A stretch of DNA of 64,000 nucleotides from Amoebidium appalachense (taxonomy: Eukaryota > Protista > Ichthyosporea). Location: assembly GCA_963693365.1 (NCBI GenBank), contig CAVNZM010000001.1, positions 5,720,907-5,784,906 on the forward strand, in the 5' to 3' direction. The translations under genes and the position numbers were made by a program. This document shows positions 13,832 to 47,706 of the stretch, piece by piece; within the stretch, counting starts at the first letter, position 1, and each line of letters starts with the position of its first letter. The notes under the pieces are model-generated. The model was not told the origin of the DNA. It did no database searches and was given only the letters and a program-made list of their open reading frames with translations.

Positions 13832-15320
13832 ATGGAGGGGGGTGGAGATGCGAGCAGGAAGAGGAAAAACGACCACTCTTCTGAATCAGAGGGGAAGAAC
13901 TCTGACGTTCCGTCGCCAATGAAAGACACGATAACAGATAAAGAGAAACATAAGTTTACTGCAGGGAAACTCGGGGCACACCTTCCGGCAGAAACTGGCT
14001 CCATTCAGGTGTACATCGACTGCAACTTCATGTCTGCAGAATTCGGCGACCAGCTGATAGCCAAGTTTGGGGGAACGTTTCCCTACACGTTCGTGGACTT
14101 CAAAAAAATGCAAGGAGCTCGGCATCACTCTGGGACCTAACGGGGCTCTGATCTTATGTGATCTTCATCACAACAACATGACGCTCGTCAAGCTGGAGTA
14201 CCTGGCAAGTTTATGGCCAGGGCACGTGGGTACCCTCGCAGCTGGGGCCCCTGCGCCAGTGGTGGAAGAGTTTCTTTCGCTCAACAACAGCACCAGGTCT
14301 CCGGAGCCTTCCCCCAAGAAGATCTTGCGTCTCGATTCGGGGTCGAGCCAGGAGAAGATCATATATATCACCCTTCTCTTGCCTCTTCTCAGCCGCTTTA
14401 GTTTTTCGCCACCAAGCTGTTGCTACTCTCACACCTGGTCCAGCAATTATAGTGCAATGTAAATACCTCTGAGCTTGGCTAAACAGTTGTTCCGGGTCAG
14501 GTATCATTGAATGGACACTGAACATGATCGTTTTCTTCTAGCTATTCTTTCTGGTGGACGGCATTACCTGACGAGGCTTCTGTTTGCACAGGTACCACAA
14601 GGCTCTAATGATACGAATGAGCTTCTTCAACACAACATGGACCTTAGCGCGGACGGGGAAACCTACTCGCTGACGGACAGGTAACACTTTGGAATACCCA
14701 CCGTTTCTCTACTCAGGCTGTGCTTTTTAAACTATCCCAATGTCATAAACTTATTATAATCCTACAGTAATTATACCTCAAGGAAGTTTCTCAGCTACGC
14801 ACTTCTCCCCCTCCTCCCTCCCCCTCTCTCTCCCCCCCCCCCCCCCCCCCCCCCCATATAATCTCTGTTTACACACGTGTCACACATTCACGCACACACA
14901 CTGAGTGCGGCACACACAAACACAGTCACATGCGCGCACACACACACACATATACACACATGTACACTCACACACACATACACACGCGCGGCGCATGTCA
15001 TACACACACCCCGTGTACACGTGTACACACACACACACACACATGCACCCATGCACATGCACAGTGTCACACCCACCCACACACTCTCTCTCTGGGTTGC
15101 CGAACACCAGTGTCAACTTTAACAGTGACCTACTTTTTGACGGAGGCAGTAATGAAAAATTGCATCTGGATATTAATAAGCGGGTGAGGAGGGTGGGAAA
15201 TAAGTTAAAAGATGTGTGTGCATTCTTACTACTGAGATATATGCATATAAATGGACTCTCTCTCTCTCTGTCTCTCTCTCGACTCTCCCTCTCCCTCTCC
15301 CTCCCCCTCAGTCTCCCTCT

Positions 15321-15377
<57 letters not shown>

Positions 15378-15393
15378 CCCCCCCCCCCCTCTC

Positions 15394-15445
<52 letters not shown>

Positions 15446-16176
15446 CCTACCCCCGGCTAGTCTTTCTCATCACGCTCCTACTACCCTCCCCCCCCCCCCC
15501 CCCCCCCCCCCCCATTCTTTAATCGCCGTGCGACACAACCTGGCCGCAAACCCACCCTCCTGTCCCCGCATCTAGTCAGGCTAACACCAGCTGTGCTCTC
15601 GTTTCGGCTCCTCACACTTGAACTGTATTTTTGTATGTACAACGACACAGATATCAGCTCTACCTCCTTCCCTGTGATCAAGCCCACCTTCACCTTCAAA
15701 AGCCTCAACTTCTGCCGGGGTTGAATTTTCATTTGCTCCCCCCCCCCCCCCCCCCCCCCCCCTCCCACCCCCCCCCCCCCGTTTTTATTGTGTATCCTCG
15801 CCGTTCCCTCATCGTGGCACTCTCCGATTGATATCCCTCCTTCCAGTGACATATCTTCTTCCCTACTTCTGGTATGCAGTGTTCCTACCGGTACCCACCT
15901 CCCAGCCCCTTCCTCGCTTGATATGATGGCTGTTCTTCGGCCATAAATTTCCCATGAGCATACAAACTGCACTCTTACCTGCTCTCATCCGCAGCCCCCC
16001 TTCCTTTGTCGTAAGCCCTCTGGAACCCGACGGCCTGAACCAGTTCTCGGGGCCAGACCTGAGCAAACTCGACGCCCACAATGGCAACACCAAGTTAGTG
16101 GACTGCGGGGCCAGCAGGCAAGCAAGCACGATGGGGTTCGTCCCCCTCCCCCCCCCCCCCTCCTCCCCCCTTCCTC

Positions 16177-16207
<31 letters not shown>

Positions 16208-17581
16208 ACATACACCCACCCTGTCACAGAAAGGGTTTGTGCCGGAAAAATGAGGGTTTTCACTCGGATGTCTCCCTAAACTCTAGAAACGGGCACAAGA
16301 TGTATCGGCAGATATAATATTAATATTCCCCTTGATGGTTCTTTTTCATTTGCCCTGTTCGAGACTGGAATCAAACGTGCTCTGCTAGACGTCTACCATA
16401 AGCCACGAAGCCTAGTAGGTTGCACTTGCCATCAACAATACCCCCCCCCCCCCCCCTCCCCCCCCCCTCCCCCCCCCCCCCCCCCCCCCCCCAAAAAAGG
16501 CCCCCCTGAGCCCTCCCCTGCACTGTAATAGCGACTACCATGGTTTCCAGATTTGTGACCCTATCTGCGCGATTCATGATATCCTGTTGGCTACCCATGA
16601 TGCAAAAACTTGTTTGGGAAAAACAACTAAAACTCATACAACTAAAGGCTTACAAAATAAACCCAAACCCCGGTAAACCGTTCTGTATCTTCCTATCCCC
16701 AAATCTTGGTTTCTGTGCACCTATCACATTGTACCATCCCAAGCACCCAATCTTCACCCATAAGCCCACAACCGGATGATCAACCCACACAGAACCTCGG
16801 GGGTGCATCTGCATGACCCGGCTGATCTCGTTGAATCTGGAGACTCAGACCGGCAGTGGGTTCGTGCTCCCCATTCACTTTTGCCCCCCCCCCCCCCCCC
16901 CCCCTCAAAAAAAAAAAAAAAAAAAAAAAAACGGGCTACCTAACAAACACAAAAAAGCTGCACACCGTGACACACACACACACAGGAACACACACACACA
17001 CAGGCACGCACACTCGCTCCCCCCCCCCCCCCCCCCCCACCCCCCCCACCACACACACACACACAAACACGGAGAGAGAGAGAGAGCCTCGGAGAGTGAG
17101 GCGCACAACTGTTACACGCACACACAGGCACACACACACACACAGGCACACACACACAGAGACACGCGGTCACACACAAACACACACGTGCACACACACA
17201 CACACACACACCGTCATTGCACGTATACAAGTCTGTGACAGTCACACACACCATACTGCACACACGTTTTGCGATTCCATGCAATCAACTCGAGCACACA
17301 AAACATGTTACAAGCGCTCACATCGTCACACCAAGCACACATGTACAAGGGCTTATGCTCGGCCATGTAGAATAAGAGTCATACCCTATGATGTGTCATA
17401 ATGCCTAGCTCGTACGACAACGTATAAATGGTATATGGTAATGCCCTATCATCATATCCCAATGTGTTCTCAACTGGTGGGCCACTGCAGGCTTGAAACA
17501 GAAGCAGCTATTGACAACGTCGACACCGAAAAAACTGACAAGGATACGGAGGAGGGCAATCGCAACACGAAGAAGGATTAG
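13832..17581 (+). CDS. Multi-exon gene of unknown function; possible N-terminal BRCT-like segment; apparent 1-nt frameshift in an A7 run
   Basis: ATG at 13832 ([17 protein letters not shown]-like) to [26 protein letters not shown]; removing one A at 14102-14108 continues into [20 protein letters not shown]. Further GT-AG exons: ~14592-14680, ~15126-15183, ~15651-15719, ~15995-16093, ~16551-16672, ~16793-16859 and a last exon 17492-17581 ([29 protein letters not shown]). Confidence 0.6.
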
Positions 17582-17984
17582 GACAAAGAGGCGCTGGCAT
17601 TGCCTATTTGTACTTTCCAGTTGCGTTTTCCATTTCCATTTTCCAGTTCCGTTTTCCATTCCCATTTTTCAGTTGTATATATCTCTTTAAACATCTAGAG
17701 TTGCATTATGATAAGACAGTAAATACAAATATTTTCACTCGACATTTTATGTATGCCTTAGGCAATTACATCACAATGCAGAGAGTACTATTTTCTATCA
17801 CCACCAGCACCATACAAAAGGTTTTGTTGTTTCACCACATTCATTCTAAATATCCGAAAACATTTAGGTAGCTCATTCAGGTACTGCACGCCAAAACCAT
17901 TACGTCTTACAATATGAAATGATTACACTGTGAAAGCACGCTAAATACGCATGTGATACCGCATGGTCATTCGATATTACGCAA

Positions 17985-38370
<20,386 letters not shown>

Positions 38371-38559
38371 TCTTGCAACGGGTTCACTTTGGCCCCCGAC
38401 GAACGACTACACTAAACGCCAGAAAATGGGTATAAGGTAGAACTTCGCGACTATGCAAATACTGCTGCTACAGATCTCTTCTCTAGGGGTCATCCCCTTC
38501 TGTGGGACTTGAAACTAACGCCCACGAACGAACAAAAGAGGCCTTTCCTGAGAGAGAGG

Positions 38560-38740
38560 AACTTTTGCCACCGTTGCATATCATTTGGTGACGGTCGGTC
38601 GCCTCGGTCAGATAGATCTACAATAAAACGTGAAACCAATCAAATGAGACCATCATGCACCACATAAGGTAAATCAATAGATCGCTATCAATCCAATCAT
38701 CATGCGCCACAGATACACAGCCTGCATGCCAATGTAACCC
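38560..38740 (-). promoter_or_regulatory. CCAAT-rich putative TAO promoter
   Basis: ccaatc at ~38636 and ~38693 and gccaat at ~38728, 250-350 bp upstream of the ATG. Confidence 0.4.
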
Positions 38741-40132
38741 TCGGACAGTCATCGTGTCATTCAAAGTGACTGTCGCCCAGTGCAGGTGCACCAACGTGGA
38801 TTCTCAGTGCCCCCTCGACAAACCGAAGGGGGAGGGGGGAAAGGTGGGGGGAATGTGAGAATATGTGGAGCATACGACAGGGGGCAGACTGCGATCCTGT
38901 ATTTGTCCCTAATGACGTGCCTGCACGCCATGGGTCAACGCCGACTTATAGAGCAACACGTTGAACCCATACTGAGCAAATAAATGCGTGCTCCTGACTA
39001 AGAAGTGTGTGCAATCAGCATTTCAATGTCTTATGTTTACAAACCTACCTAGCTCAAATGCATCATAACATATAGCATAAAAGTTCTGCACGCCTTATAC
39101 AGCAAAGTGGGGTAAAACCCTTGCGCCCAACCTCAAAGTTTGCCGGGCAAATTTCTCTACACCAACCCCACCATTGCACATTACCTGCAATTCATGTACA
39201 CTCATAAGCCCCTCCCGCCTCCCCTCTCCCCCCCTCCCCTCCCCCCCCCAGGTCCCCTCCCCCCCCCCCCCCCCCCCCCCCACCACCACCACCACCACCA
39301 CCACCACCACACACACACACACACACACACACAAACGCACGCACACGCACACACACGCACATACACCCACATACCACCCACACACGCCCCAGCACCAAAA
39401 CCCCCCTCACATGTATTCCTTGTCACTGTCTCCAAAGGGTGGCGGTGGGACGTGTTGATTGGCTGCCATCTCGGGCCTGCGCCCACTGTGAGTGATGACG
39501 TCAAAATGATGTCACAGCACCTGCTCCACAATAATGGTCCTGCGGGCACCAGCGGTCAGCTGGCACCCATGTTATCCTCCCCAGCCCCCATCACCTCCCC
39601 CCCCCCCCCCCCCCCCCCCACACCCCCCCCACACACACACACACAAAAATAATAATAATAATAAAAGCATTTCCCATCATAGAGCAGGTCCGGACATGAA
39701 ACACAACCCACAGAATGTTCGTCATACCCCTTTTTTGCCCCACACCCAACCATCCACCCATACGAGGCCGAATAGCTAAACATGAGCACACACGCGCAAA
39801 TACAGTGCACATCATATATAACAGTTGGACGCACACATGTGCGCCTGGGAACGTGCAACACACCCACACGTGCACACACAGAGACATGCACATACACACC
39901 ATACATTCACACACAAACACACGACGACGACATTTTGTCAATATCAGCATATGTAAGCAAACTTCGTAAATACAAGGGCCACACCTACGCTACCTAACAC
40001 GACGGCGAAAGGCTAAGCGGTGGCTAATTGGAAAGGGGGAAAGATCGGGGAGAAAGGGAGTGGCGAGGGGCGGGGAGGAGGGGGGTTTGGCTGGGGGAGG
40101 GGGTGGGGAGGAGGGGGGGGGGGGGTATATTC

Positions 40133-41345
40133 TTACGCAGGTTTTACGATGCAATCACGGGGATATGTCTTGTGCAGCAGCGAGTAGGCACAAAGACATA
40201 GGGCCCAAGGCACCACGGAGGTATACAGCAGGGCACGGCCAAGCGCACTGGCGTTGGCGGGGGACGGGCCAGACACACTGGGGTCATAGCTGTGTGTGTG
40301 TGTGTTTGGAGAGGAAAAGGGGGGTGGGGGAGAGGGGGGGGGGGAATGGGGGGGGGGGGAGGAAGGGGGGGATGGGGGGGAATGGGGGGGGAATGGGGGG
40401 GGGGGGGGAGGAAGGGGGGGATGGGAGGTGGAGCAATGATGGGAAAGCGGAGAGGCTAAGAGGATTGGAAACAGGGTTACTCTGCTATATACGATAACAA
40501 CAAATAAAAGAGAATATCCCTGCCACAAGCAGGACATGGAAAGCACACCAGGCAGTAAAGACTAATGGGATATGCACCGCACGGTCGGATCAAGGGAGGA
40601 TTAGGTCATGCAGACACTGGCAAGAAAGAACATCGTGAAAGATGAAAGTGATAGGTGGTGAAGCGGTGATGGGAGGGGTGGCCGCTGCAGGGGAGGGGCG
40701 CCAGGGGGGAAGGGGGGGGGGGGGAGGGGGGGGGGTTTAGGGGGGGAGTGGGGGCTGCCGACAGAACAAAGAGACACCACAGAACAAAGAGACACCCTTA
40801 AAACTGGAGAGGCGCGGGGCGGGAGGGGGGGGGGGGGAGGGGAGACAAACCCAACATATGTTGGCGGGAGGGGCGGGGGGAGGGGGGGGGGGGAGGGGGA
40901 GGGAGACAAACCCAAACATATGTTGTGCAAGGTATCCAGCCAGGGGGGCAGCACATGCCGCTATGCCGCCCTCCAGTGCACGGTCAAAGGCAAACACACT
41001 GGCACGGTGGTGGGCAGGCACAATGTCGCTAAAGACGATGGTGTTGATGGGTGCACACCACGACACACACACACCCATGACGAGTAGACCAAAAAACAAA
41101 GAGATAAAATGACCGTGGGGAAGAAGACCAAAAACGACAGAGCCCAGGGGTAGGCCAAGGAGAATGGAGGTTTGACCCACACACAGGGGGCCGTGAAGGG
41201 GATAGCGGGTGGAGAAATGGTCGGCCAGGCGGCCACCAAGCACAGAGCCGATGGCGGCACCCACAGCAAAGATAGCACACAGTGTGGATGCTTGAACGTT
41301 GCTGAGGCCCTGGGGGTGAATGAGGAGGGAAAGATGTGTGTGTGT

Positions 41346-41378
<33 letters not shown>

Positions 41379-41875
41379 GGGTGGGGGGAGAGGGGGGGGG
41401 GGGGGGGGGGGGACGAAGAGGAAAATGAAGGAAAGGATTCGTGAGGGTTTAAAGGAGTGGAAGGGAAAGGTGAGAGCTTTTTTTTGTTTTTTGTTTTCTT
41501 GTTTTTTTGGGAGGCGGGGGGGGATGGGGGGGGGGGATGACAACGAAGTCAATAAACACCAATATTTGATTCATAATTCTGCCCATCTACGATTGAACTT
41601 CAATTGTTGGGTCCCACTGTCCCCGCCCGCAACCAACCCACGTCGCACACCAAACACCGACACCAACCAACATCGACCACCCTCTCCCCCCTATATAAAC
41701 ACAACCCGAACCTTCAACCCCCCCTCCCCCACTTAACCCCCCCTCCCCCCCCCCCACACACACACACAACCTTCCTTCCTCCCCCCCCCCCCTCTATCCC
41801 CACAGACACGCACCACCCACCTACCCAAACACATACACAAACACACACACAGACACACACACGTACACACACACA

Positions 41876-41922
<47 letters not shown>

Positions 41923-42996
41923 GCACACTCGCCCCCCACCACACACACACCCATCTCTCTCTCTCCCCCCTCCCCCCCCCCCCCCCCCCACACCACCACC
42001 ACCACCACCCGCCTCCCCCCCCCCCCCCCTCTCCCCCCCCCCCCCCCCCCCCACACACACACACAAACACACCTGAGCCAGCAGCCACATGGTCATGAAT
42101 GCAAATGCATTCCACGGCATGGACCCCAGGCAACCCTGCACCACCAGCAGCTGAAACGTCCTCACCCCCCCCACCGACTGCACTGTGTCACGTGCAACTT
42201 CAAGCAGCCCAGGTCGATCCTGAGAAAAGAAAATGAGAACAAGAAAATAAGGAAACAAAGAGGGAATGTTCATGGATTCAAAATATTTGAGATTCAATGA
42301 GAAGATCGAAGTGTGTGGCTACAGACGCAGAGAGGGCGGCTGATAGATATGTGGGTTTTTGGCATTGGAGAGGGGGGGGGAGGCGGGAGACCCCGGGGGG
42401 GGGGGGGGGGGGGGGGGGAGAGAGAGGGGGGGGGGGGAGAGAGGGAGGGGCGTGATGAATGAATGGATGTATGGCTAGCTATTGGGTTAAACATAAGCAT
42501 GACTGATTGCCAAAATTGAAGTCAGACAACTAAGTTAGGCGCAGAGTCCCTCAAGATGTGACCACTTGAAGGGGGTTAGAAGGGGGCCGCTAACACTGTG
42601 TTTTAATGCGATTAATTTCTCTTTTCTTTTTTCTTTTTTTTTTTTTTTGGGGGGGGGGGGGGGGAGGGGAGGGGGGAAGGGGGGAGGGAGGGGAGGGGGG
42701 GGGGGGGGGGGGGAGGGGGGTTGGATACCTCGGAGCCCAGGTGTGCAGCCTTCTGGTTAGCAGGCAGATCCTTTGGGTCCCACCCATAGTAGCGCACCAC
42801 GGCAGCCATGGCTATGCACACACCCCCCAGGCAGAGAAACACAAAGCGCCACCCTGCCAGCCCCCACACCGTGTAGCCTGTACAGGTTGGGAGGTGTCAG
42901 GGGGGCATGAGGGGGGCATGAGGGGGCCCCCCGGGGGGGGGGGGGGGGGGGGGAGGGGGGAGGGGGGGAAAGGGGGATGTGGGGGGGGGGGGGGGG

Positions 42997-43033
<37 letters not shown>

Positions 43034-43502
43034 GGGGGAGGGGGGAGGGGGAGATTGCAGGGAAGGGAGGTCAGAGGATAAGGCTGACTTGACTGTAGAA
43101 CCGGCCATGGGGATGGGGGGGGGAGAAGGGGGGGAGGGGGGGGTTGGATTGGGGGGGGGGGGGGGGTTTAGGTGGAAGGGACGGGGGGAATAGTCAACAA
43201 CCACCTTCTATTTACTCATGAAAGTAGAAGAAGCAATGGTATAAATACTTGCATTCTTGTGTCTATGTGTCTTTACGGCCAACATCACAGACATAAAGGT
43301 GTTGGTTGCAGGTGTAGAGGTGTCTCTGTGTGTGGTAAAAAGGGGTTGGCGTACTTGAGACGGTGGTAGCGAAGAACCCACCGGCAATAGACCCCACCCC
43401 CGTGACCAAATTGTACATTCCAAAGGCAGCCCCAAGCTGACGGGGTGTGTGCAAGTCCACAAGTACACTCTGCCCAGCAGGCAGGATAAGAGCCAGGCCT
43501 GA

Positions 43503-43538
<36 letters not shown>

Positions 43539-43562
43539 GTCGTGGTGGTGGTGGTGGTGGGG

Positions 43563-43600
<38 letters not shown>

Positions 43601-45299
43601 TTAAAATTATTGCAAAGTACGAAGCACATATCGACGAGTAAAACTCTATGTTGATTTTGCATAGGTCTCACAAAGAGTATGCATCAGAAGTGGAAGCGAT
43701 CCCCAAGGGCTGAAGCCCCCCAGGGGGGAGGGGGGGGCGGGAGGGGGGGGAGGGAGGGGGGGGAGGGGGGGGGGGGGGGGGGGGGGGGCGGAGGGGGGAG
43801 AGTGGATGTTAAAACGAATGGGCAAGGATGAGATAGTGAGAACAGGGAGACAGAAAAAAGTATGTGCTAAATGGTATATGGAAGTATGAAACAGAAAAGG
43901 TGCGGAAATGAGAATAGAGTAGAAACGGGAAGGTAGTGGGAGGGGAAAGAGGAGAGGGGAGGGAGGGGGGATAAAAAAAAAGTCATCGAGGTCAGCATTT
44001 CACTGAAGTGGCAGGCCGTAGTTGGCGGCTACAATAGACATCAAACCCCGTCCCGTGAAACAAACAAACCAACAAACCGTGGCACAAACAAACAAACAAA
44101 AAAAAAGGGGAGTGAAAAAAAAGAAGCATGTTCACATTTTGAGAAACGGAAGAAATTACGTACGGCCACCAGTGTCTGCCCAGGCCAAGATGATATATCA
44201 GAAGATGGACCAACACGTTGCTCGGGTGGGGGAGGGGGGGGGGGAGGGGGGGAGGGGAAGGGGGGGGGGGGGGGAGGGGGGGGAGGGGGGGAGGGGGGGG
44301 GGGGGCTCGCTTGTGCCTCTCCCATGGTCTTCCATGCGAGGAACACAGGCTTGTAGGAAAGAAACGTGGGGGGAAAGAACGGAGAAGAGGGGACACTAAG
44401 GCCAAAACCCCGGAAGTGGACGGAAGAGCTCTAAACAACAAGAAGAAAAAGGCGAATCGCACCGCAAACATTTTTTTTTTTTTTTTTTTTTGGGGGGGGG
44501 GGGGGGGTAGAGAAGAAAACTTAGGCAAAATCCATAAAAGGGCAGCTTCTAAAATCTTTCTTTCTTTTCCCCCCTTCTTAGTATTTCTCTCTTTCGTTCT
44601 TTCCTTTTTTTCTTTTGCGCACACGCCAGAGGGGTTGGGGGAGGGGGGGGGGGAGAAGGGGGGGGGGAACATAACGAGGTACCTACCTATCCCTGTAGCA
44701 GCACGCAGTGCCAAGACCATCCACGCTGCCTGGGCCAAGCCCACGCCCACAGTCAGGGCGCCACAGACCAAACAGGCCACGGCAAGAGCATCCACCCTCC
44801 CCCTCTGCAGCCCCACCAGCCCCAACAGAAGAGAAGCCCCTGCCTGTGCAAGTTGCTTTGCACACGTCACAGACCCAAGCTGGGCCGCAGACAGACCGAA
44901 ATATGTGCCCACTGGGCCGTATGTCGCGGGGAGGAGAATGTCTACGGCGCGGGTTACGGCACTGGAAAGATCTACGAGCCACACGGTTGCTGTTTTGCGC
45001 GCACTGGGCTGATCAGAAACATCGGAAATGGGCGTGAAGGTGTGTTCGTGTGCCTCCTCAGCTACCATGGACAGTTGCTTTTGAAGGCGTGGAGGAGTTC
45101 TTTCAAGCTTAGGGGTCGCGGGGGGAGTGTTTCCTTTCTTCGTCAGGTCGTCCAGTGAGCCGTAGAGAAGAGTGCCACCCCCCGCACGTACGAGTATGGG
45201 TGTGGAGTCTGCTGACCCGGAGGCGAGCGAGTCTTGACTCCAGCTTGCCCATTCCTGGCTCCAACTGGAGAGAGTGCGCGGGCCCAGTGTGGCCGCCAT
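40133..45299 (-). CDS. Major facilitator superfamily transporter (spinster-like MFS_1), 6 exons
   Basis: Exons 45299-44687 (DILLPATYGPVG...LGSVTCAKQLAQA...LRAATGI), 43498-43355 (GLALILPAGQSVLVD...GAAFG), ~42878-42729 (GWRFVF), ~42220-42073 (TFQLLVVQGCLGSMPWNAFAFMTMWL), ~41310-40911 (GSVLGGRLAD; FSDIVPAHHRASVFAFDRALEG), ~40289-40133 (NASALGRAL...TYPRDCIVKPA*). Many hydrophobic helices and MFS motif-A-like sequence. Confidence 0.9.
43599..43722 (-). mobile_element. Highly diverged possible copy of the poly-G-associated element
   Basis: aagtacgaagcacata..gacgag...agtatgcatcagaag lies between G-runs. Confidence 0.35.
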
Positions 45300-46129
45300 A
45301 GTGCACCTAGTTTTAGTTGATATCTGTTATCTTTGTAAGCAGAAGAGATGGTATCTGCTGCAAACCGTAAACGAAAAAGAAAAACGGTTTTCTTTTTGAC
45401 GTGATGCTTAAAAGTATTCGTGTGTTAATGTTGCAAGATGATCTGCTACGGAGGGAGGAGGAAAAAAGTAAAAGGATAGGGTGATAAAAGAGTTCCCGCT
45501 CTTCCTCCAAAAGCTATTAGACTAACCTTGCTGCCTAGCAGAAATGAAGAAAGCGATTGAGATCTTGGCAAGGATCCGTAAAACTTAAAAGAAAGAAAAC
45601 TGCGCGAAAAGGGAAGTGGCCCCTGGAGTTCTTTTATGGTATCCATGGTATGCGTCAGCGCCCTATCGGTGGCACGTGCATGCAGCGAGGAACAGAGAGA
45701 AGGGAGGAAGAGCGTGGTATTCCTTCCACGAAAGCCCAAAGCCTAGCCTGGGTCCCTGGGACACTAGGTTGCTTGACAAGTTGATGAGTCCGGAGCTTTG
45801 TGTTTGGCGCCATAAACAAATGGCTTAGCTTTCCTATTGGTTAATCTAAATATTAGAATGCGGCAACACTCCATTACATTCCATGCAGTTTTCTGGATTT
45901 TCATTGGATATAGATCACGCAGTCAGCGAGGCTCCTGCCGCGCCGCCTGCGGCTGGGCTGGGGAGCGAGCTCCTTCAACTTTTGAAACTGTTTCCCCCCC
46001 CCCCCAAAAGGAAGCGAGGGGAACCATGAAGAATAGGATTGGTTGTATGGCGGATAAGGCACAGTCAGAACGTGCCAGTTCACTTGCCTGCCTCTACAAT
46101 TGACCCCCACCACCACCCCCATCCACATC

Positions 46130-46810
46130 AGATTAGACAACCTCGGGTGATTAACGGTGGGCAGCCAACCTGAACTTCACCATGCCACCCAGACGACGAC
46201 ACAAACTCTCCCACACGGTAGAATGGGCCCATGTCCGGTACCAACTCTCCCTCCGGCACCCTGCCTACCATGACCAGGCTACACCGTGACCACCCAACCA
46301 TCGTCACCCAGCCCACATGCCCCAGATGCCACCAGCACCTGGAAACGACAGCCCATCTCAGTGGGCCTGTCCGGAACATGCGGAGGCAACCCCCCCTCTA
46401 ACCTCGGCCATCACGGCATGCATCTACAATTTTTTGCACTCCCGGCACCTCAAAACCCCCACGGCACAACACCGGCAGACAGCAGACACGGTCACTGCCC
46501 AGTGTGAGTGGCTCAAGTGGATTAGAGGACAGCCTGGCCAACCAGACGTCGACCCCGAAGACATCAAGTGGGTCACAAGGGGATTCTGCCCACGGTTCGT
46601 GGGGCCCCTGCTAACAGCGCTCGGCACCACAGAGCCCACGGCACGAGTCATCTTGGGTAAAATTACAGTAGAATTGCAAACCTTTTTCCTCTCTAAATTT
46701 GGGCACCACGTAACACGACCCTTCCACCCACACCTTAAAATGCACAAAGTTTAACACAAACACCCCAACACCGGGAACAAAACGGGATAAAATAAAATGA
46801 AAAATCTCAC
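46130..46810 (+). mobile_element. 5'-truncated, frameshifted non-LTR retrotransposon (LINE) 3' end with CCHC zf-RVT domain
   Basis: SGTLPTMTRLHRDHPTIVTQPTCPRCHQHLETTAHL[frameshift]WACP (46252-46373) matches the LPT..RL...CxxC...ET..H...CP knuckle of LINE ORF2. The ORF ends at 46754, followed by an A-rich tail (ataaaataaaatgaaaaa). Confidence 0.8.
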
Positions 46811-47214
46811 TGACAGGCTGGCATACACGTGGGCCAGGCACTGCAATGCCATTTATGTTCGCGTAAATTCTTGTGTGTGTCCACACAAGTTGCACTGGCA
46901 TGTGGCACGAAGTTGACCCACACACACCTTTAAAGTTAACGATGCCGAATCATACTGCACTGATAGGGCGCACACATCATATCGCATGATGCAGTGTAGT
47001 CAAACATATCCACCGTACTGACACACCATGTCATTGACACACACACACACGTACAAGGTACACAAGACACGTGCAGAGTTGACGCACACACACACACCCC
47101 ACCACATGTTGTGCCACATGGGGAAGCAGTACCTGTTGGACGGTGGTGGTGGTGGGAAGGAGACTCGGAGGAGGGCCGGGGTGGGGGTTGGGGGGGGGGG
47201 CTCCGAGGGAGACT

Positions 47215-47706
47215 CTCGGTGTGCAGCCAGAAGGGAGCCGTACCCCCCTCCCCCCCCCCCCCCTCCCCCCGGGGGCGGGGGGGAGGGGGGGGGCGGAGGA
47301 GGAGAAGGAGGGGGGAGGGGGGACCCACCATCCGGCACCCAGGAGGGGAGGGGGGAGGGGGGACGGGGGGAGGGGGGGGGGGGGACCCTCAGAGCCCACC
47401 ACCACGATCAGGTTTAATTTGAAAAGGGGGGGAGAGGGGGGGGCTCGAGCAGGTGCTCCTCCGTTCCCCCCCCCAGCCACCCGGTCACCCCCTCCTCCCC
47501 TTCCCTGGTTCCCCTAAGGGACCACCATGGGGGACAGTCACTGCGATAACATGATTTACTACTGCCGGGGGTTGGGGGTCGGTGTAACAGTCGGGAGGAG
47601 GAAGGGGGTTAACTCTGCGACGCCAGTGGTGGGCCCCTTCCCCCCCTCCCCTCTCCTCCCCTCCGTTCCGGGGGTCTGACGGCTCCATCCCGCAGCTGTG
47701 CACCCC
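47215..47706. mobile_element. Possible degenerate foldback/MITE-like element
   Basis: Left blocks ggtgtgcagccagaagggagccgtacccc and ggacccaccatccggc resemble the reverse complements of right blocks (ggtgcacagctgcgggatggagccgtcagacccc and ggcccaccactggc), in nested order. Confidence 0.4.
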
